A DNA stretch of 64,000 nucleotides. Source: Pecten maximus. Lineage: Eukaryota. Positions 52,336 to 64,000 of this stretch are shown here, piece after piece. Position 1 is the first letter of the stretch. Each line of letters opens with the position of its first letter. Where the stretch lies: the NCBI RefSeq assembly GCF_902652985.1, contig NC_047023.1, positions 32,426,001-32,490,000 on the forward strand, given 5' to 3'. A program made the translations under genes and the position numbers. The notes below the pieces were generated by a model. That model saw only the letters and a program-made list of their open reading frames with translations. It had not been told where the DNA came from and ran no database searches.

Positions 52336-53538
52336 TAAAGTAATCATAGCCGTTTGACAAAATACACTATTGCATATTTTTGATTTGATCCAAAACTTAA
52401 CATAATTACCAGCCTTCGTTAGTGTGATAGTATATGTTTATCTTTTGAATTAAAAGCGGATGAACATTGCACACCGAAGAAACTGTATATGTATTCCTAT
52501 ATGTTGAATGTAATTTTCGCAGCCGTTATTATTGTATTTCTAATTTGTTGATATTAATTAGATATACCTTTCGTGTCATTTTATACACTTTTTTCAGAAG
52601 CAGCGTACATGTATACGCTGTCTGAGATGTAACATATTTAACTATATGTCAGGTTTCAAAATTTGCGTTCTAAACAAGAACAATTTTCAGGCATATAAAT
52701 CAATAAATCTTTAAATACAACACTTTAAATATGGATCATCAGGCTTTAATAATTTAATATTGGCAAAGTTGGGGATTTTGAAGACGGAAATGCGTATCAA
52801 TATTGCTCAGTGGAATCGAAATCCATTCAGATGTCTTTGGTAAAATATGCTTTGCCATTGAGACTTCCAGAACAATAATAATTAATGCATTTTGTTATAT
52901 TATGATATTACAGGTCTACAGTTTTATGTCGTGCGCGTACGAAATCCATTGTTCTTGTTGTTTCAATTTCCAACTGGATTATTTCAAGCATTGAACCCGC
53001 AGAATAATTGCCATTCAACTGAAGAAAGTTTGTGGCTGATATTTCGGCTGAAGAAATCAATTCCGTTATCTGGTTTTCAAATGGAGGAAGAAATGGAATT
53101 CGTCATTCATATTTTAGTAATATTTCATCATTTAAATGCATAGATGAGATTCCCCGGACATTCAAATAAATCACATGTGTAGTTCATTGTATAAGTCATA
53201 CGAGAGTAAAATTACCTACATACAAATGTAGATAAATAAAAGGGTATGTTATTTACATCTATCATTTTGACTGATGGTAATACATCTAATTACACTTTGA
53301 TAACTCTCCTGATAAGCAAGTTCTTGTTAAATATGGGAAAAACCGTCAACGTTTACCATTTCACTAAGATACCTTAGATCATTTCGTCCCTTTGCCCTTT
53401 AGCCTGTTACACCATATATTAGTACTATTCATTCCAGACCTTTTGTTCTTTGCGTTTTCTAATTAAAGGCAAAGACGAAAGTACAATAGGCAAGACTTGA
53501 TAAGGATAAATTCTTCCTAACATCCAGACTCCAAGAAT

Positions 53539-53673
53539 TACAAACTGAAAGATAAAAGTGGTAAAATCTCTTCAAGGAGTACAAACTTAAAGACAAAAGT
53601 GGTGAAATATCTTCAAGGAGTACAAACTGGAAGATAAAAGTGGTAAAATATCTTCAAGGAGTACAAACTGGAA
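53539..53673. repeat. Three-copy ~41-bp tandem repeat
   Basis: ACAAACT..AAGA(T/C)AAAAGTGGT..AAT.TCTTCAAGGAGT occurs three times. Confidence 0.9.
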
Positions 53674-54299
53674 GGGGGTCTATATAAATATAAATCCTTT
53701 CTAATTGAGTACGACCATACCAAGCATTAACGTGTAATTCTAAATACAGCTATTTGACAAACAAAAAAAACCATTATGAATGTTACCAAAGTGTAATTAT
53801 CTAACAAACATGACAGTGGACTTGATGTCAACACAAATAATCGTAAACAGTATGCACGCTGTATCTGTACAGAGACCGGTTTGTTGGCAGTATAGCTTCT
53901 CGAGGTCTTGGGTCGATTTGTTGTCACTTTCTAAAGACGTGATATCAATCAAATACCACATCACTTGTCCAGAGAATCGAACTTATCAGCGCATCTGAAG
54001 TCCACTTATTACGTATTTTTGTTGCGTTGTCGCCAGCTTGAGATGGACGGAATCAACTTGCTTAGCCTATCACGTATCTACCGCCAAGTGATGAAATTAT
54101 TCAGACGAAAAGTCCGGAAAACAATGTTAAACATATACAACATTACGTGGCCACTTTTTATCAAACCGGTTCTACACGGTACTATAAATGTCACTAGCCC
54201 AACGACAAATCTGAAGCAATTACAAATGACACATTATACTTTAAAGAGTTATAAGAATTAAACGTGATTTTTGGGATTTAGTATGATCATGCGCCATCT

Positions 54300-55740
54300 T
54301 CATTGACGACGATATATTTTTCTCAGCTAAACAAAACATTAAACACTTCCTGAAAACGTAAATCAACTATTGGTCATGCATTTTGGCGGCATTTAGGTTC
54401 TCAAAAACATCCGGATACAAAAACATTGCACACTTTAATAATTCTCATGTTCCTATTTCTAATTTCAACTTGTTCTGGCTTGTTGAACCTTAACTTTAAA
54501 CGACGACAACATAAACACTGTGTTTTTCTTTACAAAATAGCCTCAGGCTTTGACTCTGTAGAAATAGCTAGTCACCACATTACTGTCAGCATTTCCTCTT
54601 GGCAGTCAATATCTTTTATGTGAGTGGCAAGGCGACTATAAAATTCACGCCAGAAACAATGATTCACTGAGGTAACGTCATTGAATACATTTCAGATCTC
54701 AATGTGGACACACCAATGTCAAACGTTTGGGAATACTTGAAGTTAAATCCTTGTTCGGTAGAAATCAGACCTTTCCCACACTGTGTAACGGTATAAAGCC
54801 TCGGTGATATCACGGCGGTACTACTGATGGTCCCATTTAAACGAACTACCAAAGGAAGTAAATCAACTGATGAAAAAGTGTTAGAAATCCTATGGATAGT
54901 GTGTGTGGTCCTCAATATCTGCTTGTTTGCCTATTTGAAAATCTAACATTGGACTTATGAATATCAAAGTAGGGAGACAATCTAGTCTGAGCAATTCTTT
55001 ACAAAAAAACGTAGGGGTTGGTGGCCACTTTAGGTATTCAGATGAAAGCCATAAATGTTCTATACTCATATATTACAATTGTTAAACACCTCCAATTTAA
55101 CCGCTATCGTTAAATGTTATGCAGTGTAGATTTGGACTATTCATGGTTGTGTTTTACATTGAGAGAAATATCAGTGCATTAGAAGACTTTTGTCGATATT
55201 TCAACGAATAACTGCCACTACAAAAAGACACAATTATATTAAATGTATTTGCAATACGATGACTACTGCCAAAGCTCTAGTGTTTATTAGTAGATTCATA
55301 TTACTTTGAAGGCATTTTGTTATCCTACAGCGATAGTACACATCTTCTTATGAACACTACTATTACTGTTTAGACTATAGAGCAGGATATACCTGACCGT
55401 ATGTTTCGGAATGATGAGAAACACGGAAATCTATCATTTTGAACTAGAAAAAAATCACGACACCGCAATATTCGGTTGTTGAGGGCAGAGCGGTTATGAC
55501 GTACATCTTCTGTCACATATAAGTGACAATTCTCTCCATTTGTAAAGCCTATTCTCAAAAGACGAAAAGCGTCTTTGGAATCAAAATAAATTTACCTAAG
55601 GGGGTGATCATCCATATTAGCCCTGGTGTTTTATGGATCTCCGTCACCATTTCTCATTGCTTTCATCGCCTTTGCTAAACGATCGACGGCCCTATGGAAT
55701 TCCATATCGTTCACTGTCCGACCTTCTGGAACCATTGTAC
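54300..55740 (-). pseudogene. Decayed cGAS-like receptor (Mab-21) domain 1 with an N-terminal extension
   Basis: SGSY (55208-55219)..E.STKV..DI, then FSSVDLLPL (54850-54876), FDIGVS..SEM..MTLP, GYFVKKNTVF (~54515-54545) and Q*LIYVFRKCLMFCLAEKNI (54313-54375). An upstream frame (55370-55737) has only two stops. Confidence 0.55.
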
Positions 55741-57920
55741 GAATTCTAACAGTGTATGAAGTATATACAACTTAAAACAGCAAGTGTTATAGAGAAAACA
55801 GAGCTAGGATCGACAGTACCCATAATTAACGCATGCTTTCATTTGTAATAAAAATTACACCATTGTTATTGTGGTTATTTTTAACTTAATTGGTTATATA
55901 CATTATGACCTGTAACGCGACAAAATGTCACGTGACACCCACTAAGCTTGGCCAACTGTTATACTCTTATATTACATAAGAAGTGTGTGCGAATTGCTGA
56001 GATGATATAGAAAATAATGCAAAAAGCTCAAAACATAAGATAGATTATCATTATTTATTCAAAGCAAAACTACATCTTGATTGCGGGAAAAAAATTGGAA
56101 GGACAATTGGTTTGTATATTCGCAGAAGGTTTAGTTTCAATATATTAACGATCATCGAATTTATCGCCGAAAAAAGTGCTTCAGAATGTAAACAAGACGA
56201 AACTTTAAACCCACGACTAGTTCGGACTGAGGAAAACACGAAATATTAGCCCTGTGAAATATAACAACAGTCCTGTATGCAGACAATTGTCAATTGAATA
56301 AAATCCGATTCATACCATACTCGGTATATGCTCTTTTCAATATATAGGACTTAATATTCGGGAGTTTCCAGCGCAGCTTGATATGATGAAAAAGCCAAAA
56401 GAGGTAGGGATATAAGTGATTTCTCGCTCTGCATTTCCTCCTAGAGATTCACGTATTTGTGGTGAAATTCTTATTGATCGCTTGTGAGCCTTTTTAGCGA
56501 CGTTTTACTCGGAGTGCTCCTAATCTAGTTATACGTGTATCTGGGATTCACTTTGACAACTAGTGATAACTGCCTGATTAACAAATGGCTTGCATCATTG
56601 TGTCCGCCTCTCCCAGGATCTACGACTACAATCGCCCATCCCCCTAGCCCTCATAGTCGGGATCTTAATCCAATCTGTATGCCTTTGATAGCTAGCATGT
56701 AGTTCGTTTATAAAAGTTGTTCGATCATCACTGATTGGCCATTACGTACTGGCGCACGCGAATGGTAATTAAGGTAACATATTGGTGCACGTCATACACG
56801 ACAGTGACATTTCACACGCTTTAGCTCATTAGCAGCCCTCATATAAAAGTTTTCTTTCTTCAGAATCACGTCGTCAACAATCTTGTCTTGGACATGGTTT
56901 TCTATGGGGTTATCAGAGACATTTCCGGTGTCCTCTATGTATCCATGTATGTAGCTTATATTCGTTATAGTTACCTATTGCTTGTCTTAACTTTTCGGTT
57001 ACAAGTGACACTGAGTATTTTGAATATTTCGCGAAGAGGATTTGTGAAAGGCAGCCGTTCACCTATCACGCCTTAATCGCCTGTGAACATTAATCATATT
57101 CTTAGATGTCCAATACAGTTCAATGTAACAAAATGGACAAAATGGTCAAAAGAGACGTTTATGCTTTTATAAAGTAAAATCTGGTCAAACAAGCACTCGC
57201 ACTACCTGCTATAGACACTTGTGACCATAACGGCATGGTTATTTTGTGCAATATGACTGATCCACATGAGCTTTTCCTGAAACATGCTTTTTATGTCTGT
57301 TTTGCCGAAATTAACACGTAGCTTAATTAACGAATTAAATGTCTAAATCAAGACCCATGGATAGCCATAACACATATTAACAATTGGTCAAGTTACTTCT
57401 GTTTAGTTGCAACAGAATAGTGACTTTTAACCTGGATAAATATCACTTGATTTACTGTTTACATGAACCTTAACCCCGTGTTAGAATAAACTCCAGTTAC
57501 AAGGCTATCGCTTGTTTGGCCTCAAATGTTGTGAAGATTTATCCTGCTATATGAATCCCTTCACTCTTAGTTCGTATGCAAGAGATGAAAATTGACGTAT
57601 CATATCTCCTTAACATAGTCAACATTATAGGGACAGGTGCAGGTTCCAGAAAAATCTGAGACCGATCACCAGTAGTCCACTACCTTGTGTCGATTTAACA
57701 TCAGCATAAATATCAGACCTAACGGAAAGGAACACTTTTTTAACTGATCTAACAAGCTATATTAAATTAATACGGCCTTATACCGGTATGTCCCCTCGGC
57801 CTTATATGTCCCCCCGGCCTTACATGTATATGTCCCCTCGGCCTCCTTTAGCCAATAAGTGCAATTCATCGTAACGAAAATCAATGTCTGTAATACATAG
57901 TAAAACAGTGTATATCTGAT

Positions 57921-58010
57921 TTGACCTAAATTTACATGGCGGGTGAGGTCGACGATGCAGAAGACGGCTACTCTTTCGGAACTTCTTGTCTTATTTTCCT
58001 TGTACTAAAA
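57921..58010 (+). mobile_element. Single-unit copy of the PLE-associated 3' repeat
   Basis: TTGACCTAAATTTACATGGCGGGTG...GCAGAAGACG...TTCGGAAC...GTCTTATT. Confidence 0.5.
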
Positions 58011-58080
58011 CTATTCCAGTTTGAAGTGAAACGGCTCACATGTTGAATAAACAAATTAAAAAATACCTTTCATTATTTTG

Positions 58081-59695
58081 TTTTCATTGTCATAATCGTA
58101 ATTAAGTAGATATTGACGATAGTTTTCATTGTCATAATCGTAATTAGGTAGATATTGACAATGACAATGACAATATTTTATTCTCATAAACATATAAAGT
58201 GTAGAGAATTATATACATACAAAATTTGTACAGGACATATGATATAATACATCGATACATTTGTTAAGCAAGAGATTATCTTAAATATTGTTGAGTCGTA
58301 TACTTATTTCTTTAATTAATTTCACAAGTGATTTCAATTCATCGTCTACTACAAAATTAAAAAGTGTATTAAATTTGAATGTACTTGGTCTTTCATAATA
58401 GTATCTAGATATATATTTTTTTCTGTTTAATGCTATTTGATGATCGCTGCAATTAAATAGATAATGGAATTCGTCTCCTATTTCATTCAGGTTACACAGA
58501 CTACAGATTCTATTTTCTCTTGGGATGTTATTCCATCTTCCGTATTCGATTGGTAATTTAATGTTACAAGTTCGAAATTTACAATAAGAATTAGCTAGCT
58601 TAGGAGGGAGGTCAAGTAGATATTTTTCTAAACTTAAATCATGTTTATAAATTCTGTAATTGGTCCCTTTCGGAGAATTGAAAACGTCATTTTTCCAATT
58701 ACATATGAACAAATTTCTTAGGGTATGAAAAACAGTATTTTTTAAGCAGCGTATACTAGTAAATTCATGGTTTTCAAAAACATCTAATAAATTACATTCT
58801 TCAAAAATGTTTTTAATATAGTTAGACCATTGAGCATTATAATGTCTTAAAATTTTGAAAAATTTGTTGCTCAATTTATTATGAGTTGAGACCATCATTT
58901 TGGCCCAAAATCCAATCATACGAACTTTTATATTTATACTTAATGGAAACCTTCCCAATTCTCCATATATCATAAAGTTTGGTGTAGATGTTTTTAATCT
59001 AAGGATATGTTTACAGAATTTCAAATGTAGACGTTCTAAGAGCTTGGTGTCACAAAACCCCCAAACCTCACAGCCATATAGTATAATCGGTTTGATTGCT
59101 TTATCAAAAATATCCATTTTACAATCGATGGACAGATTATGATTTCTGCATTTTGAAATAGCGCCATACATGGCCCTAAGGCCTTTTTCATGTAATTGTT
59201 TGATATTCAAATGTGTAAAACCATTTCTAGTGAAACAATTCCCGAGATATTTAAAATTTTTCACAATTTCTAAATTATTGCCATCATAGGTGAACTGTAT
59301 ATTTCGTGACACCGTTCCTCTCCCAAAAACCATTATCTTAGTCTTGTCAATGTTAACTTTAAGATGCCACAATTTTGAGTAGGTGTGAAATACGTTAAGT
59401 TGTGTTTGTAAATCTTCTACTGACTCTGCAAGTAGAATGGTATCATCGGCATACAACATTATATACAACTTGAGATAGTTTTCGTTGTCATAATCGTAAT
59501 GAGGTAGATATTGACGATAGTTTTCATTGTCATAATCGTAATGAGGTAGATATTGACGATAATTTTTATTGTCATAATCGTAATGAGGTAGATATTGACG
59601 ATAGTTTTCATTGTCATAATCGTAATGAGGTAGATATTGACGATAGTTTTCATTGTCATAATCGTAATTAGGTAGACATTGACGACAGTTTTCTG
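58081..59695. repeat. 42-bp minisatellite (GATAGTTTTCATTGTCATAATCGTAATGAGGTAGATATTGAC) split by a LINE insertion
   Basis: About 2 units at 58081-58159 and about 5 units at 59474-59695; the register resumes exactly across the insertion. Confidence 0.92.
58160..59473 (-). mobile_element. Young 5'-truncated RTE-X-like LINE with an uninterrupted RT C-half plus CCHC ORF
   Basis: LYADD, FKYLG, LYGCEVWG, GELGRFPL, IEYGRW and CSLC..IGDEFHYLFNC with no stops down to 58281. AATAAA plus (TTGTCA)n tail at 58160-58185. Confidence 0.93.
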
Positions 59696-60346
59696 CCAAG
59701 TCATTAGTATCGTACCAATAATAATTACCTACCGATTATCAACATATCAATCGCATTTCTCGCGTGACATTCAAAGTGTGAAGAAGTATCTTAGATCCTG
59801 TGCGTTGAGCAGCCAAGAACTTCAATAAAATGTGGTTTAAATCATGTGTATTGCTTGATAGTCTTTGTAATGAAACACCAATTACGTTACATTGCGCCAA
59901 TCATTCACTGTATCAATCAATGTCTTATTAAAACATGTGCATTACTGACTATAGATCTAGGTTAAACAGTTTTTAATGGTCGATTACAATTATTCCTTAC
60001 ACTAAATGGCATAGTTTCAGTTAATCAATACGTTCTCGCCGATTTCAATTCTTAAATTCCTTCGCCCGGCACTGTGTCAAGGTCATGGCCAATGCCATCA
60101 CTGTAACGGCCGTAATGATTTTCATTGTTCTACAATAAATCATCATCCCGATTATTGGACAGTTTATAAAGCTGACATTGGCCAAGGTCATTTCGTTGAT
60201 ATCTGTCGGTATTACCAAATCATCTGTGAAACAAATACCCTTGTATGTATATAATAAATTATGATATCCGAGTCGGAACTGTTAAGTGGGTAAATAGGAA
60301 TCGGGAACAGATTGAAAGTTTGGTATTGTATACATGGTAGTGTACA

Positions 60347-61225
60347 AATAATAATCAGACGGACGGACGGAGACTGGCGGTAGGGTATTGTGCGTACAAA
60401 GGGGTAAATAATATCCGGACGGACGGACGGACGGAGCCTGGCGGTAGGGTATTGTATGTACAGTGGGTAAATAATAACCGGACGGACGGAGACTGGCGGT
60501 AGAGTATTGTGCGTACAATGGGTAAATAATAACCGGACGGACGGACGGAGACTGGCGGTAGGGTATTGTATGTACAGTGGGTAAATAATAACCGTACGGG
60601 CGGAGACTGGCAGTAGGGTATTATATGTACAGTGGGTAAATATCAACCGGACAGACGGACGAACAGCCAAGGTCGACTAGTGGGGTGCAGTGTTTTGTCT
60701 GTCAACTTGTGAGGTGCACGGCACAAGTCGATCAGAATTTCAAAATCTGTTTTTATTTCCGTTCATTCCGTCACTAAAAAAGCACATGCGCAGTGAGATT
60801 TAATGTTGATTTATGAGTAACAAACAAAAATACTTTAAATTCGTCTCCTATTGGCGTGGAAGATATTTTGACGCATTGAATCGGTGAATGCACCCCACAA
60901 GGATATTGAGTGAGTGCGGATTGACGGACGGATACTGGCGGTGGGGTATTGTATGTACAGTGGGTTAATAATAACCGGAAGGACGGATACTGGCGGTAGA
61001 TCTAGAGTATTGTATGTACAGTGGGTTAATAATAACCGGAAGGACGGAGACTGGCGGTAGGGTATTGTATGTACAGAGGGTTAATAATAACCGGACGGAC
61101 GGATACTGGCGGTAGGTTATTATATGTACAGTTGGTTAATAATAACCGGACGGACGGATACTGGCGGTAGATCTAGAGTATTGTATGTACAGTGGGTTAA
61201 TAATAACCGGAAGGACGGAGATTGG
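60347..61225. repeat. Bipartite ~55-60-bp tandem array containing (CGGA)n micro-repeats (60347-60660 and 60920-61225) with a ~260-bp unique spacer
   Basis: Unit CGGACGGACGGAGACTGGCGGTAGGGTATTGTATGTACAGTGGGTAAATAATAAC. Confidence 0.9.
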
Positions 61226-62639
61226 TGGTTGAATGTGGATTGGTTAGGGACCACATGGAATTTTAGATAAACCAAATAATCAGTCAATATAAAATAAAAT
61301 TTGTGTCATGATTCTATCACATGAACACTCAACATGCTGATAGTCGAGCGGCTTTATTTCCGTCCTAGGAAAGAACATAAAACTGCCAAATTATAATTAC
61401 AGTGGTTATTTATTATGAAGCGACGAGAATTTGGAATATGTGCCATTTAGATTAAAAGTAATTTATTAAAACATGCAACTATATGATTGGTTATTAAATA
61501 GATTATATACATTAGATATTAATTTATCGTGCAATAAAGTTAGTCATCAATGCGTACATGTTCGGTCATATTCCACGTACATGTATCATTAATTTCGAAA
61601 ATGCAACAAAGTGTTTGTGACATTTTATAACTAAATGTATATCAGCTGAAATAGGCTTTAGTATAATAGAATCATTACCTCTTATGGTTAATTAATCAGC
61701 ATATTGGTAGTTTGTATTTAAGGAGGCGTGGTAAGACCATAAAACAGACGAACATTTTCACAAACATACAGAAACGTATGCTATAACCAAGGTTTTTTAA
61801 TTTCAATTCTAGAATATATTGAAAGTTAATTAACTTCTCCTGTTATTTTCTGATATGGTTATCTGCGACGTATTGTGTCGTAACATACACGCGGATAATC
61901 AAAATGTCTGTTATTACGAACTCAAAATCAACATCAGATCAATACACTGCGCCCACCTAGTCAGATATACCGAAACCCCTGATTATCTCGAACTCGAAGT
62001 CAATTTCTGTATTATTTTACATCGGATATATCCAACATTTTGATTTTCTCGAGATCGTAGCCAATTTTGGCACAATGTACAGTATTATAGTGAGTTTTGT
62101 GTTATATGGATGCATCAAGCATGGAGAAAGACTCGATTGATAGGCGATTGTGACTGTAGATAATACATGTAGATAAATTCATCCTTATTTGCAAACAAAC
62201 CCAGGATCGCCTGATAACCATCAAACCCCAGCCTAATGTATCTGATCCTCGGTCTCTGTAAGCGTATTTGTTTCATGGCCTCCTTGATACCTACACAGTA
62301 CCAAAGTTTCCAAAGACGAAATACTGGCTACAACTTACAGATAACTGGCTGAAGATAAGGACACGGGTTTAGGTTTTATTGACTTTCTAAGCATAGCTCG
62401 GCTTACTGTACAACCAAGTCGTAACACCTCCTCCTTATCATCCCTATAACTATTAAATCAGGCTTACACTCGTATAGTTATACTGTTTATCCGGAAATGA
62501 TCATGTTGAATGTGGTTTTAAGAACTCCACAGAAATTTTTCATCAGTAGTGAAAATACGCTGCTGAAAAAATATAATTGAAAATTTCATTTCCACACTGT
62601 GACCTTCTTTTCTCTATTTCTTGAAGAACAATACTTATG

Positions 62640-63206
62640 TCAATTTGAAATGATCAGGTTTTTAGTTCATTATGTTGAGTTTGGTGTCACATCTTTCGGA
62701 ACAGTCGATGTCCCTTTCCTGGCTGACATGTTCCATGACGGGTAGCAAAATAACTCGCCAGGTACATTGTACTTCGATTTCACTTTCAGATACATTTTGT
62801 ATATTAATGATGTGCTTTCATAAGATAACAAGACAATTATTGATCATGCATCGGATATGCCCTCAGGAACTTGAAATCAAGCACTCTGCATACAGACTGT
62901 TAACATCAGCCGCCAACATCGATCTTTACTTGTAACCAACAGGGACGTTTAACTACTGTGTAATAAATGTAAAGAGTTCATGATTCCTCAATGTCTGGTT
63001 CGCCTCTAAACACATCCTAGCTTGACTTGTTCACTAGTGCACGACTTAATAAAAGCTAACCCTGTTCTTAAGTTGAGAGCGTGGCATTACTTACGTTTTA
63101 CCAAGGTTTACATGGTGGGGCCGTCGCTTATTCAAAAGACGCTTACCGATACGGTACATACAATTTCAAACCATTGAAAATCGACATCTACAATATTGAT
63201 GTCGTT

Positions 63207-63238
<32 letters not shown>

Positions 63239-63830
63239 TTACATCTATCGTTACTCACTGCATGTGATAGAAATGTGGAAACCTTTGGAAATGAGTGTTG
63301 GAAAGTTGCATTCTTGACGCCTGCTGTTTGAGAACAGGAAAGGGATGTACAGTATATAAACCAAATCTGCACAATTGAAACATCCGGGATCTACATATTA
63401 TTTCTACATGCTCCCTACCTCTTCCTTCGTAATACCCATGTCCACGGACATGATATTGATTACTCGATATGCAGGTTGATGAGGATCATGGGAAGTTCAA
63501 TTATCTTATTTTTAGATATTCCTTGTGCGATATCAAGTCAGATGTGTTTGGTGTTTGTCGAAGTTGGTAGTGGTTCCGTTGTCACCACATAACTTCAAGT
63601 CCTCCTTTTGAGAATGTAACTTGACCTAGATTTGACCTAGATTTGTATGGTGAGTCGCGCCTCTGAAGCAGAAGACGCTATGCACTATCGACACCTGGTC
63701 TTATTCCCTTCGGAAGTCTCCATACAAATCTATACTATTGTTCATATTTTGCCTTCGCTTTATTGATTTTGAGCTAGAATTACGGTTTCGTTATTGTATC
63801 GGTATTCTCGTTTCAGAATTACCAAGCTCG
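62640..63830 (+). mobile_element. Degraded Penelope-like (Naiad-type) RT C-terminal fragment and 3' region
   Basis: FLVHYVEFG..PFLADMF, FRYI..NDVLS (62785-62820) and ICPQELEIK..ANIDLYL (62855-62932) resemble FRYIDDVLS / IYPxELEIK / ASYLDL. A RYA relic lies at ~63465, followed by the TGACCTAGATTTGTATGG repeat. The fragment is interrupted by a (GAAA)n-containing segment. Confidence 0.55.
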
Positions 63831-64000
63831 TAAGATAGGCAAAATGTTGAAAACGCGATATTATACATGGCGAAGAGATAAACTGATCTTCACGGTGAGT
63901 TGATGAAGATTAATTGTACAAAAACGATGTTTGAAATATGTATCAGATATAGGCCATATTGTATGTTTCGTACGCATGCCTCAATATCGAATTTGTTACA

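Noticed and set aside
52820-52890. YYCSGSLNG...MDFD as another nucleotidyltransferase motif
   Set aside because: Spacing is atypical, it contains a stop, and no supporting downstream motifs were found.

Overview
AT-rich eukaryotic, repeat-dense DNA, most likely from a bivalve mollusc; this is inferred from the V-domain tRNA-SINEs, RTE/RTE-X LINEs, Penelope-like RT remnant and gene families seen. I found no convincingly intact host protein-coding gene. The window holds about 14 tandem arrays (27-57 bp units), three TSD-flanked copies of one tRNA-SINE, three 5'-truncated LINEs, a 6-bp-TSD MITE, hairpin-bearing elements, a probable solo LTR and one 214-N gap. It also holds decayed gene relics: an alpha-1,2-fucosyltransferase (GT11), two or three cGAS-like/Mab-21 domains and a possible TRIM-NHL fragment. 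The main finding is a satellite family whose ~49-bp monomer is itself a complete hammerhead ribozyme (5908-6512 on the minus strand; 37797-38113 on the plus strand). An 8-nt palindrome lets neighbouring monomers build stem III. A third array (30943-31992, 31-bp unit) appears to be an amplified, catalytically dead piece of the same ribozyme. All protein-family calls come from manual translation and motif recognition, not database searches.
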